From NCBI GenBank assembly GCA_965227515.1, contig CBDDFZ010000001.1, positions 3,072,001-3,136,000 of the forward strand: a DNA stretch of 64,000 nt. Reading direction: 5' to 3'. This DNA is from Alphaproteobacteria bacterium. GTDB lineage: Bacteria > Pseudomonadota > Alphaproteobacteria > CALKHQ01. The position numbers and the translations under genes are program-made. Below are positions 19,491 through 29,497 of the stretch, one piece after another (the first letter of the stretch is position 1; each line of letters starts with the position of its first letter). The notes beneath the pieces are model-generated. The model searched no databases. It was not told where the DNA came from and saw nothing but the letters and a program-made list of their open reading frames with translations.

Positions 19491-19629
19491 ATCGTAGGGG
19501 CCGATGTCGTGCTGTCAGGTGGCCTGCCTGTGCGGCAAGAGCGCCCATGATAATGGCTACAGCAGAGCCCGGGGCTCTGAGGTTTCGAGTGAAACGGACG
19601 CCGTAGGGCCGACCGCGGCCCGGCGGTGT

Positions 19630-21858
19630 CTATTCGCCGAATTTTTCCGGATCGATGAACCGGTCGAGCACGTTGCCGGTGACCCGCGACACGTTGTTGT
19701 CGTAGCTGTTGTGGGAGAGGCTGCCGCACCAGGCGATCGATCCGGTGGAAAACACCGCGCCGCCGGCCGGGGTCTCGAAGAACGCCAGGTCGGCGCGGAT
19801 CAGCCGATGCTGGGTGCCGGTCATATCCGGCGTGTTGACCAGCGATTCCTCGTTCACCAGCAGCATCAGGTCGGAGTGACCCTCCGACGAGGCCAGTACC
19901 TTCACGTTCGGCGGGGTGCCCAGCGTGCGCTCCACCCGGTCGAGCTCCAGGCCGGCGGCACCGCCGCCGACCAGGCCAAAGTCGCCGATGATCTCGTCGT
20001 CGACGCCATCGAAGATGAAGGCCACGTCGTCGTCGTGGCTTTCGGGCGTGCGACGATAGTAGGAGCAGATGTCGAAGCCCTGGGCGGTGAAGCCGACGCC
20101 CACCACCTCGTTCGGCGAACGGCCGTTGCGCCGCCATAGCCCGCCGAACTCGCCGGTGAAGCTGTGGAAGTACTCGCCGGGTTCGGCCGCCCAGGTGCGG
20201 GTGCCGTCCTCCGCGCGCCGCACCTCGATCACGCCGGGCAGGTCCCGGTTCCAGGCAATCCGCCAGTACCAGCCGTTGCCGCCCATGTACATCAGCCGCC
20301 CGCCGCGATCGAGCCACGCCATCATGGCGTCGGACATCGCCTTGGAATGGTATTCCGGGTGGGTGCCCGACAGCACGACGCGGTAGGGGGCCAGCAGGCC
20401 GGCGCCTTCGTTGTGCAGGTCCTCGTCGGTGATGACGTCGAAGTCGGTGCCGCGCGCCTCCAGCCAGTCCATCAAATGGGTGTCGGCGTTGAACTGCCAC
20501 AGGCCCGATCCGGTGGCGCCCAGCCAGGACGCGTATTTGGGCCGCATGTTCAGGATCGGCCGGCGGCACGACGAATAGCACACGCCACTGCCGTCGCTGT
20601 GGGTGTCGTAGCAGGACAGCCCCAGTTCCGGGTGGTCGTTGATGTAGAGGTCGCCGGGCTGCAGCACGGTCAGCCGGCCGATCACCATCTCCGACGCGGC
20701 CGCGTGCAGGTGGCAATGGTCGTTGGCGTAGGCCAGATAACAGGCAGTCGGCGCCAGGAACGCCACGTCCGGGCGGTTGCGGCGGCCTGCGGCCCCGCGC
20801 GGCGGGCGCACGAAGAAGGTGATGTAGTCCTCTTGCGTGCCGTCTTCAGCATCGCCATGCCAGACGTGGGCGGCATAGGTGCCCGATATCAGGCTGTCCG
20901 GCACGGTGAGCGAGAAGGCCGGCTCCCAGCCGGCATCGGCGACATCGTCGTCGTGGAAGTGGATCGCGCCGTACTGGTCGGGCCGGTCGGTCCAGCGATG
21001 GGTCGACGCATCCCAGTTCCAGCCCTTCATCGCGCGCGCCGGCAGATTGACGGTGCGGCCGTGCAGGCCATGCGGGCCGGCATCGACCACGGTCTCGTTC
21101 TCGATCTCCTGGCCGAAGTCCCAGGCCGCGACCGTGTGCGCGGCATGGCTCTCCGGCAGCGGGCGGCGGAACAGCCCGTCCAGCTCCACCGCCGACAATG
21201 CGGCATCCAGGATGATGGGGCTGTCGATCTTGCCGTTGAAATGGTCGCCGACGAGGTCGTCAACCGGTCGCCCGGCCATATAAAGATTGCCATTGAACCA
21301 ACTGATATCGGTCGATATTTGGCCTTCGGCGGTGCCTGCGTCGCCGACGCCCGGCCAGGTGCGCAGGGGGCGTTGTTCGGCGAACATCCGCCCGCTGGCG
21401 GCGTCGTAACCGACCGCGACCATGTACCAGCACCGTTCCTTCAGCGGCCGGCCGACAGTCAGGCCGTGGGTGCCCAGCGTGAACGTGACGCCATTGTGGC
21501 CGTCGACCGCCACCGTCAGCTCGCCGCAGGACAGGATCGTCTGGTCGGCCTGTTTCGGCATCGTCGGCCAGATCATCGCCGCGAAAGTGAAGCTGGACAG
21601 CCCGTCCAGCACCGGGTGGCCCGGCACCAGCGCGTACGAGCCCTGGTCCTGGCGCTGCGGCGTGCCCTTGTAGGTCCCGTCGATGGCGCTTGCCACGTGC
21701 TCGGCCTTGAAGCCGGGGCCGGCCGGATTGGCATCGCCGTGGATGACGCGCACCAGTTCCGCCCGGTAGTCCATCGGCGTGGTCGTGGTCACCATGAAGG
21801 TGATGGTGTCGCCCGGCGCCACGCTCAGGCGGTCAGTGTATCCCAGTATGGTCAGCAT
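19630..21858 (-). CDS. N,N-dimethylformamidase large (beta) subunit family protein
   Basis: GYTDRLSV.PG, HGDANPAGPG, YGAIHFHDDD, YLAYAN, SCYDTHSDGSG, GTHPEYHS, MGGNGWYW, GSIAWCGSL. Confidence 0.88.
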   Translation of the reverse strand: MLTILGYTDRLSVAPGDTITFMVTTTTPMDYRAELVRVIHGDANPAGPGFKAEHVASAIDGTYKGTPQRQDQGSYALVPGHPVLDGLSSFTFAAMIWPTMPKQADQTILSCGELTVAVDGHNGVTFTLGTHGLTVGRPLKERCWYMVAVGYDAASGRMFAEQRPLRTWPGVGDAGTAEGQISTDISWFNGNLYMAGRPVDDLVGDHFNGKIDSPIILDAALSAVELDGLFRRPLPESHAAHTVAAWDFGQEIENETVVDAGPHGLHGRTVNLPARAMKGWNWDASTHRWTDRPDQYGAIHFHDDDVADAGWEPAFSLTVPDSLISGTYAAHVWHGDAEDGTQEDYITFFVRPPRGAAGRRNRPDVAFLAPTACYLAYANDHCHLHAAASEMVIGRLTVLQPGDLYINDHPELGLSCYDTHSDGSGVCYSSCRRPILNMRPKYASWLGATGSGLWQFNADTHLMDWLEARGTDFDVITDEDLHNEGAGLLAPYRVVLSGTHPEYHSKAMSDAMMAWLDRGGRLMYMGGNGWYWRIAWNRDLPGVIEVRRAEDGTRTWAAEPGEYFHSFTGEFGGLWRRNGRSPNEVVGVGFTAQGFDICSYYRRTPESHDDDVAFIFDGVDDEIIGDFGLVGGGAAGLELDRVERTLGTPPNVKVLASSEGHSDLMLLVNEESLVNTPDMTGTQHRLIRADLAFFETPAGGAVFSTGSIAWCGSLSHNSYDNNVSRVTGNVLDRFIDPEKFGE

Positions 21859-21871
21859 GAAGGCGCGCCCA

Positions 21872-22177
21872 TCAGTTCAGGTCCTCGCCGGTCATCTCTT
21901 TCCAGCGCAGTCGGAAGACGAACCATTCCGCATCCTCGATGGAGGTGAAAGTGTGCTCGGGCAGCAGTTCGATCGGCTTGTTTCGGCCGCCGGGATGGCG
22001 CGCCAGCACCCATTCCCTGAACGGCTTGGTGCACACCAGCATGTGCTTGCCGGCCATCGGGCCGCCGCGCATGGCGTTCAGGATGCGCTGCAAATTGGGG
22101 CTGTGCGGCCCCAGCACGTTCTGGCGGAACTCGTTGACGTACTCGCGGTCCTCGCGGGGGCGGATCTTGTAGGTCAC
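21872..22177 (-). CDS. N,N-dimethylformamidase small (alpha) subunit-like protein
   Basis: EFRQNVLGPHSPNLQRILNAMR...AEWFVFRLRW; directly upstream of the large subunit. Confidence 0.72.
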   Translation of the reverse strand: MTYKIRPREDREYVNEFRQNVLGPHSPNLQRILNAMRGGPMAGKHMLVCTKPFREWVLARHPGGRNKPIELLPEHTFTSIEDAEWFVFRLRWKEMTGEDLN

Positions 22178-22746
22178 TCGTCGCTCCCGTTCGTGCAGTA
22201 GGTGTACATCTTGCGCACGTCGCGCATCACCTCGTAGGGGTGCGAGGTGAGAACCGTGCCCTCGGCGCTGCCGACCCGGCTGTACGACAACCGGGTCAGG
22301 CCATCGGGCAGCGTCACAGTGACCGTATTGAGCCGGATCATGGCGGTGGCGTCCTCGGTCGCGAAGCTGGGGCGCGGCGTATGGCCCTCCAGCCCTTCCA
22401 GCGCCATGGTGGCGACATGGAAGTCCATGGGCTGCGAGAGCGGCACGGCGAAACCGGCCAGCTTGCCGTCACAGAACAACAGGCGCGGGATCGACCGGTT
22501 CGCGCCCTGGATGACGAGCAGCATGGCCGGCCCCTCGGACGGTCCGGGGTAGCCCTCTTCATCCAGATAGCGTGCGTCGAACGCGCCGCCATATTCGGCT
22601 TCGAGCACTGGCTTAAGCGCCTCGTACGTGGCCCCGTCGCGCACCGCCTGCATCGGGTTGAAATCGTCGGCCAGCGCGCCGGTGGCCGCGCCAAACATGG
22701 CGAGCCCGATCGCTGTGCCCCGGATGACAGTGGCCCGTCTCGTCAT
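22174..22746 (-). CDS. hypothetical exported protein
   Basis: signal peptide MTRRATVIRG...GALA; coupled to neighbouring genes. Confidence 0.6.
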   Translation of the reverse strand: MTRRATVIRGTAIGLAMFGAATGALADDFNPMQAVRDGATYEALKPVLEAEYGGAFDARYLDEEGYPGPSEGPAMLLVIQGANRSIPRLLFCDGKLAGFAVPLSQPMDFHVATMALEGLEGHTPRPSFATEDATAMIRLNTVTVTLPDGLTRLSYSRVGSAEGTVLTSHPYEVMRDVRKMYTYCTNGSDE

Positions 22747-22766
22747 TCGCAAGCCTCGTTCCCCGC

Positions 22767-23861
22767 TCAGTCGAGGTCGATCGCGCGCTGTTCGCGGATG
22801 CTCTGGTCGGCGGCGAGCACGATACGCAGGCTGTTGACCGCCGCATCCATGGATTCCGAAAGGTCCAGGTCCTCGCGGATCGCCTTCAGGAAATGCATCT
22901 GCTCGCGGTCGCACAGTTCCTGGTGATCCGGCTCGTCGGCCATGTTCAGGATTTCGTCGGGCTTGGCCCAGTTCTTGTTCTCGTCGACCGCGGCGCTGTG
23001 GATCTTGATCGCGTTGGTCTTGGTGTGCTGGTCGATGTCGGCGCTGTCGGAAAGCTCGCCTTCGTCCTTGGCCTCGCCCTGGCCTTCCTGCGACACGACA
23101 ATGGAGACGCAACCCTTCGGTCCCACCACGTCCTTCACGAAATAGGCGATCTCGCTCATCATCGGGCCCCAGCCAGCCTCGTACCAGCCGACCGAGCCGT
23201 CATCGAACTGAACGTGCAGGTGGCCGTAGTTCTGCTGCGCCGCCTCCGCCCACAGCTTGGCGCCGATGCCGTGCACGCGGATCGGCTTGGCCCCGGTGAG
23301 CTGGCACATCACGTCGACATAGTGGACGCCGCAGTCGACGATGGGCGTCAGGCTGTCGATCAGGTTCTTGTGCCAGTACCAGGCGTCGCCACTGGACTGC
23401 TGGTTCAGGTTCAGCCGCATCACCAGCGGCTTGCCCAGGGTCTGGCCGACCTCGATGAACTTCATCCACGACGGATGGACCCGCAGGATGTAGCCCAGCA
23501 CCAGCTTGCGATTATGCTTGCGGGCCAGCGCCACCACCTTCTCGGCGTCCTCGATGTTGGTGGCGATGGGCTTTTCCATGAACACGTGGCAGCCCGCCTC
23601 CAATGCCTTGCAGGCATATTCGGCATGGGTGTCGGGGTAGGAGTTGATGGAGACCGCGTCCGGCTTGGCCTCCGCCATCGCCTTATCGAAATCGTCGAAG
23701 CGCGGGTAGTCGGCCAGTTCCGCCGGCAGGTCGGTGCGCCCGGGCAGCGAGCGGCTCATCATGCCGACGATCTCGAAGCCGTCGATGTTGTGATACGCCT
23801 TGGCGTGGGACGTGCCCATGTTGCCCATGCCCACGACGAGCATCTTCACGTTGTCCGCCAT
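22767..23861 (-). CDS. Gfo/Idh/MocA family oxidoreductase
   Basis: VVGMGNMG Rossmann motif, HVFMEKP, DCGVHYVD. Confidence 0.9.
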   Translation of the reverse strand: MADNVKMLVVGMGNMGTSHAKAYHNIDGFEIVGMMSRSLPGRTDLPAELADYPRFDDFDKAMAEAKPDAVSINSYPDTHAEYACKALEAGCHVFMEKPIATNIEDAEKVVALARKHNRKLVLGYILRVHPSWMKFIEVGQTLGKPLVMRLNLNQQSSGDAWYWHKNLIDSLTPIVDCGVHYVDVMCQLTGAKPIRVHGIGAKLWAEAAQQNYGHLHVQFDDGSVGWYEAGWGPMMSEIAYFVKDVVGPKGCVSIVVSQEGQGEAKDEGELSDSADIDQHTKTNAIKIHSAAVDENKNWAKPDEILNMADEPDHQELCDREQMHFLKAIREDLDLSESMDAAVNSLRIVLAADQSIREQRAIDLD

Positions 23862-23901
23862 CGTCCCCTCCATTGATTTGGCGAGCGCTGCAATGCAAAG
23901 A

Positions 23902-23992
23902 CGTGGATGCCCGCAACAAGTGCGGGCATGACGTCATGGTGCAGTGTTCAGCACTTGCTCCGTCATGGCCGGGCTTGTCCCGGCCATCCACG
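23902..23992. repeat. CGTC-type REP doublet
   Basis: cgtggatgcccgcaacaagtgcgggcatgacg (23902-23933) and cgtcatggccgggcttgtcccggccatccacg (23961-23992). Confidence 0.8.
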
Positions 23993-24037
23993 ACTTGCCT
24001 TCCAGGTCCGCCTATGCGCTAGGCCATGCGGGGCCTG

Positions 24038-25204
24038 TTAGATATTCACCGCATTGGCGAAGAACTGCGCCCGGATCAGTTCCAGGTCGACCTCGGCCAT
24101 GTCCTCGTTCAGTTCGAAGCCATTGGCGTCCGACGCCACTTGCTCGTGGTCGAAGGTGTTGGCGCCGGCGATCAGGCTGTTGTCGATGACGTTGTTGACG
24201 TCGACGTCGACGGTGGTCTGGCCCAGCGCCTTGGTGGCGTCGAAGAACGCGGTCCACCGCGCCGGGTCGTGCCAGCCCCAGCCCTCACGCTCTTCCATGT
24301 TGCCACGGAAGACATTGGCGAGCTGCATCATGGATTCCGTGCCGAAGCGCGGGCCCAGGCTGCTCTCCACGATCGGGAACTGCTCGAACACGATCTGGGT
24401 CGCGGCCGCCGGGTTGACGTGGCCGAACTCCAGCCCCATCGCCCAGCCGCGCAGGTAGTCCTCGATCAGCTGGCGGCTGTCCGCGTTCTCCATGTCGGAG
24501 CGACGGACGACGAACGAGTTGGCGGGGAAGGGCGAGGATTCCAGGCCCAGCCAATAGTCGAACTGCAGGCCCTTGCCTTGCCAGTCGGCCCGCAGGCCCT
24601 CCCAGGCCAGCGCGGCATCGCCCTCGCCGCGGGCCAGCAACCTGCCCCATGCCGGCCAGCCGGCCTCGACGTGGTTGACCTTGGAGACGTCGACGCCCAG
24701 CGAATGCAGGATCGGATCGGAGATCGACTGCCACGCGGCACTGCCGAGCAGCACGGTCTTGCCTTCCAGCTCCTTCAGGTCGGTGAGGCCCTCACCGGGA
24801 CGGAACGCGTAGTCGAACACGTCGACCGCGCCCATGTTGAACACAGAAACCAGGTCGAGGCCGTTCTCCAGGGCGAACGAGAACACGCCCGGCGACGGGA
24901 AGCCCATGTCGGCCTGGCCCTGGTCGACGAACTTGACCGTGGCCGTACCGTCCGCCGGTCCCGGCTCCAGCACCGTCTCGATGTCGCCGAAATAGCCGAA
25001 CTGGCTGGCCACCCAGTACGGGTAGTCGTCCAGCACCTCGACGGTGCCGCGCGGCGAGATCCAGGTGAACGGGCCGCGCTGGGCATAGGCCTTCGACGAC
25101 AGTCCGCCGATGGTGGACACCGCCACCGCGCCGGTGGCCGTGACCTGCAGGAACCTGCGCCGGCTGGTGGCGCCAAGGCCCCGGCTGCTGGTCAACTGGT
25201 TCAT
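24038..25204 (-). CDS. ABC transporter substrate-binding protein (NMT1/THI5/SsuA-like), Tat-exported
   Basis: SRRRFLQ twin-arginine signal; DLKELEGKTV; in operon with permease and ATPase. Confidence 0.82.
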   Translation of the reverse strand: MNQLTSSRGLGATSRRRFLQVTATGAVAVSTIGGLSSKAYAQRGPFTWISPRGTVEVLDDYPYWVASQFGYFGDIETVLEPGPADGTATVKFVDQGQADMGFPSPGVFSFALENGLDLVSVFNMGAVDVFDYAFRPGEGLTDLKELEGKTVLLGSAAWQSISDPILHSLGVDVSKVNHVEAGWPAWGRLLARGEGDAALAWEGLRADWQGKGLQFDYWLGLESSPFPANSFVVRRSDMENADSRQLIEDYLRGWAMGLEFGHVNPAAATQIVFEQFPIVESSLGPRFGTESMMQLANVFRGNMEEREGWGWHDPARWTAFFDATKALGQTTVDVDVNNVIDNSLIAGANTFDHEQVASDANGFELNEDMAEVDLELIRAQFFANAVNI

Positions 25205-25306
25205 GATCTACCTCCCTCAGAATACGCGCTTCGGAAACGCAAGGGTCGCGCGGTTGCGGTCATATGCTACGTCGCTTGCCCCGATCTGGCCAAGCCGGCT
25301 TGGCCG

Positions 25307-26209
25307 TCACGACTGCCAACTGGCCCACTTCTTGCCGATCAGGAAGAACGTCACGTAGATCGAGATGCCGATAACGGCGAGGATCAGGATGACCGCGAAG
25401 AAGTGCGGCATCTGGAAGTTGGCGTTGAAGACGGTCAGGCGGTTGCCCAGCCCGAAGCCGCCGCCGACCATCTCGGCGCCCACGGCCGTCAGCAGGCCGA
25501 AGATGGCGCCGATCATCAGGCCGACGATGATCATCGGCATCGCCATGGGAATGCGGATCTTGAAGAAGATTTGCAGGGTGGAGGCGCCGAACGAGCGGGC
25601 CAGCGCGATCTTGGCGAGGTCTGTGCGCCGGAAGCCGGTGGCGGCATTGATCATCACCATAGGGCCGGACGCCAGCGCCACGACCGTGATGCGCGGCCAG
25701 TAGGTCTCGATGCCCATCGAGTACATGAGCAGCGGCACCAGGGCCAGCATCGGCGTGGTGATCAGCACCAGGATGTACGGCGCGATGATCTTCTCCGCGA
25801 ACGGGAACTGGGTGATGACGGCTGCCAGAAAGATGCCGATGGATGCTCCGATGGCGTAGCCGGAGAAGAGCTCGATCAGCGTGTGGACGATGTGCTCGCC
25901 GATGAGGTTGAAGTCGTTGATCAGCGCGCTGATGATCTCGCTCGGCCGCGGCATCACGTACTGATCGACGCCCTCCGCCCACAGGTAGTATTCCAGGCCG
26001 CCGACGATCAGCACGGCCAAGGCAACAATGGCCACGATCTCCGCCGCGCTACGCTTGCCGGTGCCGGCGGCGAACGCCGACATGTTGGAGACGCCGACCT
26101 CGGAGTCACCGGCGTCCTTCTTGTCGAACTCCGGGATCTGGTCTTTCAGGTGTGCATCAACCATGCGCGGAGGCCGTTTCCGTGGCGGTCGCTGGGGCGT
26201 TTCCGCCAA
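25307..26209 (-). CDS. ABC transporter permease (NitT/TauT family)
   Basis: MPRPSEI, LARSFGAS, VGAEMVGG..GLG; start may be downstream (MVDAH). Confidence 0.88.
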   Translation of the reverse strand: MAETPQRPPRKRPPRMVDAHLKDQIPEFDKKDAGDSEVGVSNMSAFAAGTGKRSAAEIVAIVALAVLIVGGLEYYLWAEGVDQYVMPRPSEIISALINDFNLIGEHIVHTLIELFSGYAIGASIGIFLAAVITQFPFAEKIIAPYILVLITTPMLALVPLLMYSMGIETYWPRITVVALASGPMVMINAATGFRRTDLAKIALARSFGASTLQIFFKIRIPMAMPMIIVGLMIGAIFGLLTAVGAEMVGGGFGLGNRLTVFNANFQMPHFFAVILILAVIGISIYVTFFLIGKKWASWQS

Positions 26210-26972
26210 CCGCGACCTGCGGTGTGTGGTGGATCTCGGCCTTGATCTCGTTGACCAGGTCGAAGAAGTGGCGCTCGGCCATCATTTCCAGGGTCCGCGG
26301 TCGTGGATAGTCGATCTTGAACGTGCGGGTCAGCCGGCCGGGACGCTGGGACATCACGAACACCCGGTCGGACAGGAACACCGCCTCCGCGATATTGTGG
26401 GTGATGAAGACGATGGTCTTCTTGGTCTCCAGCCAGATCTTCTCGACCAGCAGGTTCATCTCGTCGCGGGTGAAGGCGTCCAGCGCGCCGAACGGCTCGT
26501 CCATCATCAGGACCGACGGGTCGAACGACAGCGCGCGCACGATGGAGGCGCGTTGCTGCATGCCGCCGCTGAGCTCGCGCGGAAACTTGTGCTCGAACCC
26601 GCCCAGGCCGACCTCGTCCAGCAGGTGAGCGATCCAGGCTAGGTCCGGTGCTTGCTTCTTGATCTCGAAGGGCAGGCGGATGTTGTTGATCAGGTTGCGC
26701 CAGGGCAGCAGGTTGGCTTCTTGGAACACCATGCCGATCTGCGGGTGCGGCCCGACCACCGGCTCGCCATCCAGCGTTACGGTGCCGTCGGTCAGGCTGT
26801 GCAGCCCCGCCATCGACCACAAGAGCGTGGTCTTGCCGCAACCGCTGGGCCCGACGATGCAGGCGAACTCGCCGTCCTCCACATCCATGGTGAAACGGTC
26901 CAGCGCGTGAAGCGGGCCCGATGCGGTGTCGTAGTACTTTGTGGCGCTGTCGACCTTCAGTTTCTCGGGCAT
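26157..26972 (-). CDS. ABC transporter ATP-binding protein (NitT/TauT family)
   Basis: GPSGCGKTT, LSGGMQQR, DEPFGALD, FITH. Confidence 0.92.
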   Translation of the reverse strand: MPEKLKVDSATKYYDTASGPLHALDRFTMDVEDGEFACIVGPSGCGKTTLLWSMAGLHSLTDGTVTLDGEPVVGPHPQIGMVFQEANLLPWRNLINNIRLPFEIKKQAPDLAWIAHLLDEVGLGGFEHKFPRELSGGMQQRASIVRALSFDPSVLMMDEPFGALDAFTRDEMNLLVEKIWLETKKTIVFITHNIAEAVFLSDRVFVMSQRPGRLTRTFKIDYPRPRTLEMMAERHFFDLVNEIKAEIHHTPQVAVGGNAPATATETASAHG

Positions 26973-27121
26973 AGGCTGTTGTCGTGCACCACCGCTGTTG
27001 ATGCGGGTGAGTAAGGCCGACCGGTGCGACCGACTGCCTGCATTCCCCCGTCCGGGCGAAAGTGTTGTCCAGAACAGGCCATTAATCAATAGGTCTGCGC
27101 ATTTCGCACAAACGTGCGACA

Positions 27122-27505
27122 ATGATGAGCATGACAATCGTCGGCATCGATCACGTGCAGCTCGCCATGCCGGCCGGCGGCGAGCACTTGGCGCGTACTT
27201 TCTATTGCGGTGTCCTGGGCCTGGTCGAAGAGGCCAAGCCCGACCATCTGGCCGGCAGGGGCGGGGCCTGGTTCAGGTCGGCGACGGTCCGGGTGCACCT
27301 GGGCGTCGATCCGGCCTTTCGGGCCGCCACCAAGGCACATCCCGGCTTCCTGATCGACGACCTGGACGAGTTGCGCGTGCGTTGCGCGGCAGCCGGTCAG
27401 GACGCCGAGGTGCAGGAGGACCTGCCGGGATTTCGCCGCCTGTTCGTCGCCGACCCGTTCGGCAACCGGCTCGAGTTCCTGGAACCGCTGAAGGATACGG
27501 TCTAG
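27122..27505 (+). CDS. glyoxalase/VOC family protein
   Basis: IDHVQLAMP, FYCGVLG, DPFGNRLEF. Confidence 0.85.
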   Translation: MMSMTIVGIDHVQLAMPAGGEHLARTFYCGVLGLVEEAKPDHLAGRGGAWFRSATVRVHLGVDPAFRAATKAHPGFLIDDLDELRVRCAAAGQDAEVQEDLPGFRRLFVADPFGNRLEFLEPLKDTV

Positions 27506-27699
27506 CACCCGGACTGGCGGGCGAGCGTCAACGCTTCGGCCAGCACGGTGCGTTCGCCTATGTGGTTGGCGAGGATCAGCACCAGCCGCGCATTCAACGC
27601 GTTGCTCTCGTCGTCCGTCAGGCCCTCGTGAACCTTGAGCAGTTCGGCATAGAAGCCATCGGCGTCGTCTATGTTCGGGGCGGTGATCAAAGGGGGCAT
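27502..27699 (-). CDS. DUF2783 family small protein
   Basis: DGFYAELL..HEGL...S.ALNARLVLILANHIG. Confidence 0.8.
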   Translation of the reverse strand: MPPLITAPNIDDADGFYAELLKVHEGLTDDESNALNARLVLILANHIGERTVLAEALTLARQSGC

Positions 27700-27928
27700 T
27701 TCAACTCCGGTGCCAGCCAATTTCCTACCATTGTCGTCCTTGCCCGAAGCGAAGCGAATTGGCGAGGGCCCATTCACGTCCAATACGCCACCGGTTGCAC
27801 GGCGTACACCAATTCGAATGGCGGGCGCCCAGGATGCGTCACGGCCCCGAGATCGAGCAAGATCAGGTGGGTGGTAAACCCCGCATTTGAATGGGCCCTC
27901 GCCACAAAGGCGAGGGCGACAAACGAGG

Positions 27929-29491
27929 CTAAAACCCCCATGCGTGGCGCACAGCGTTCTCGACTTCGTCCGCAGCGACCGTGCGCCACCGCGCGGCGAC
28001 GTGCTGGTCGGGCCGGATCAGATAGACCGCGCTATCGGCGTTGCCGAGATAGCGCTCGGCCAGCGCGCCTGCTGCCGAAAGCCGTAACGTCGTGGTGCCC
28101 GGCACGCCAGGCGCCTCGCCATTCAGTGCCAGCACGGTGAACCCCGGCCCGAGGCGGTTGAGCAGCCAGCAGTCGTCGGTCGGCGCATCGGGCGCGACGG
28201 CACCGGGGCAGGCGAGGGCCGGCAGGGTCGGATCGTCCGCGCCGTTCAGTGGCGAGGTGTCAAGGACGCAGGGGCGCGACAGCCGGCCGGAATTCACCAT
28301 CGGCCGCGCGAAGGGCGTCGCCCCGGCGAGGTCCAGCACTGCGGTGCGGAAGCGATGCTCCAGTGCCGACTTCGGCGTCATGAACCGGGTCGTGCGGGCG
28401 GAGTTCAGGATGTTCTGGTCGGCGGCCACCGTCCGCTCGGCGTCATAGCTTTCCAGCAGGCCGGGCCCCGCCGTGCCGCCCAGCACCGCAGCCAGTTTCC
28501 AGCCCAGATTGTCGACGTCCTGGATGCCGCCATTGCCGCCGCGCGCACCGAACGGGCTGACGATGTGGGCGCTATCGCCGACGAAGATCACCCGGTCATG
28601 GACAAAGCGCGCCATCCGCCGGCACTGGAACGTGTAGACCGACACCCAGTCGATCTCGAACGGCCGGTCGCCGACCACGCGGCGGATGCGCGGGATGACG
28701 TTCTCCGTCTGGCGCTCCGCCTCCGGGTCGGCATCCCAGCCCAGTTGCAGGTCGATGCGATAGATGTCGTCGGGCTGCTTGTGGAGCAGGGCGGACTGGC
28801 CAGCATGGAAGGTCGGTTCGAACCAGAAGCGCCGTTCGGACGGGAAGTCGGCCTTCATCTCGATATCGGCGATCAGGAAACGTTCCTCGAACAACTCGCC
28901 GTCGAACTCAAGGCCCAGGCGCTCGCGCACCGTCGAGCGGGCGCCGTCGCAGGCCAGCAGGAAGCGGCATGGCAGGTCGTAGTCGCCGTCCGGGGTTTCC
29001 ACAGCGAGTGCGACGCCCTCGCCATCTTGCTTCAGCCCGGTCAGGCGGTTCTTGAATCGCAGGTCGATCAGGTCGGGGAAGTAGCGGCAGCGGTCGATCA
29101 GGTATTCCTCGACGTAGTACTGTTGCAGGTTGATGAAGGCGGGCATGGCGTGCCCGTCCTCGGGCAGCAGGTCGAACGACCAGACCTCGCGGTCGCCGCG
29201 GTAGTTGCGCCCGACCTGCCAGGTGACGCCCTTGTCGACCATGCGCCGGGCGACGCCCAGGCGGTCGAAGATCTCCAGCGTCCGCTTGGCCCAGCAGATC
29301 GCGCGTGAGCCGACGGAGACGGTGTCGCCGTCGTCCAGCACCACGCTCGCCACGCCGCGTTGCGCCAGGTCGATGGCCATGGCCAGCCCGACCGGGCCGG
29401 CGCCGACGATGACGAGGTCATGGCACGGCTCCGGGCCGCCCGCCAGCGCCGGCGGCGTCACATAGTCGAATGGCCGGTAGCGGTATGCCAC
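27929..29491 (-). CDS. FAD-dependent monooxygenase (MhpA/PheA-like)
   Basis: GAGPVGL, ACDGARS, GDSAH..SPFGARGGNGGIQD, LIRPDQHV. Confidence 0.9.
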   Translation of the reverse strand: MAYRYRPFDYVTPPALAGGPEPCHDLVIVGAGPVGLAMAIDLAQRGVASVVLDDGDTVSVGSRAICWAKRTLEIFDRLGVARRMVDKGVTWQVGRNYRGDREVWSFDLLPEDGHAMPAFINLQQYYVEEYLIDRCRYFPDLIDLRFKNRLTGLKQDGEGVALAVETPDGDYDLPCRFLLACDGARSTVRERLGLEFDGELFEERFLIADIEMKADFPSERRFWFEPTFHAGQSALLHKQPDDIYRIDLQLGWDADPEAERQTENVIPRIRRVVGDRPFEIDWVSVYTFQCRRMARFVHDRVIFVGDSAHIVSPFGARGGNGGIQDVDNLGWKLAAVLGGTAGPGLLESYDAERTVAADQNILNSARTTRFMTPKSALEHRFRTAVLDLAGATPFARPMVNSGRLSRPCVLDTSPLNGADDPTLPALACPGAVAPDAPTDDCWLLNRLGPGFTVLALNGEAPGVPGTTTLRLSAAGALAERYLGNADSAVYLIRPDQHVAARWRTVAADEVENAVRHAWGF

Positions 29492-29497
29492 GGCCGG

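Noticed and set aside
27104-27119. Palindrome TCGCAC-aaac-GTGCGA between the ABC operon and the VOC gene
   Set aside because: Could be an operator, but 6-bp arms with no adjacent regulator or second copy cannot be told from chance.
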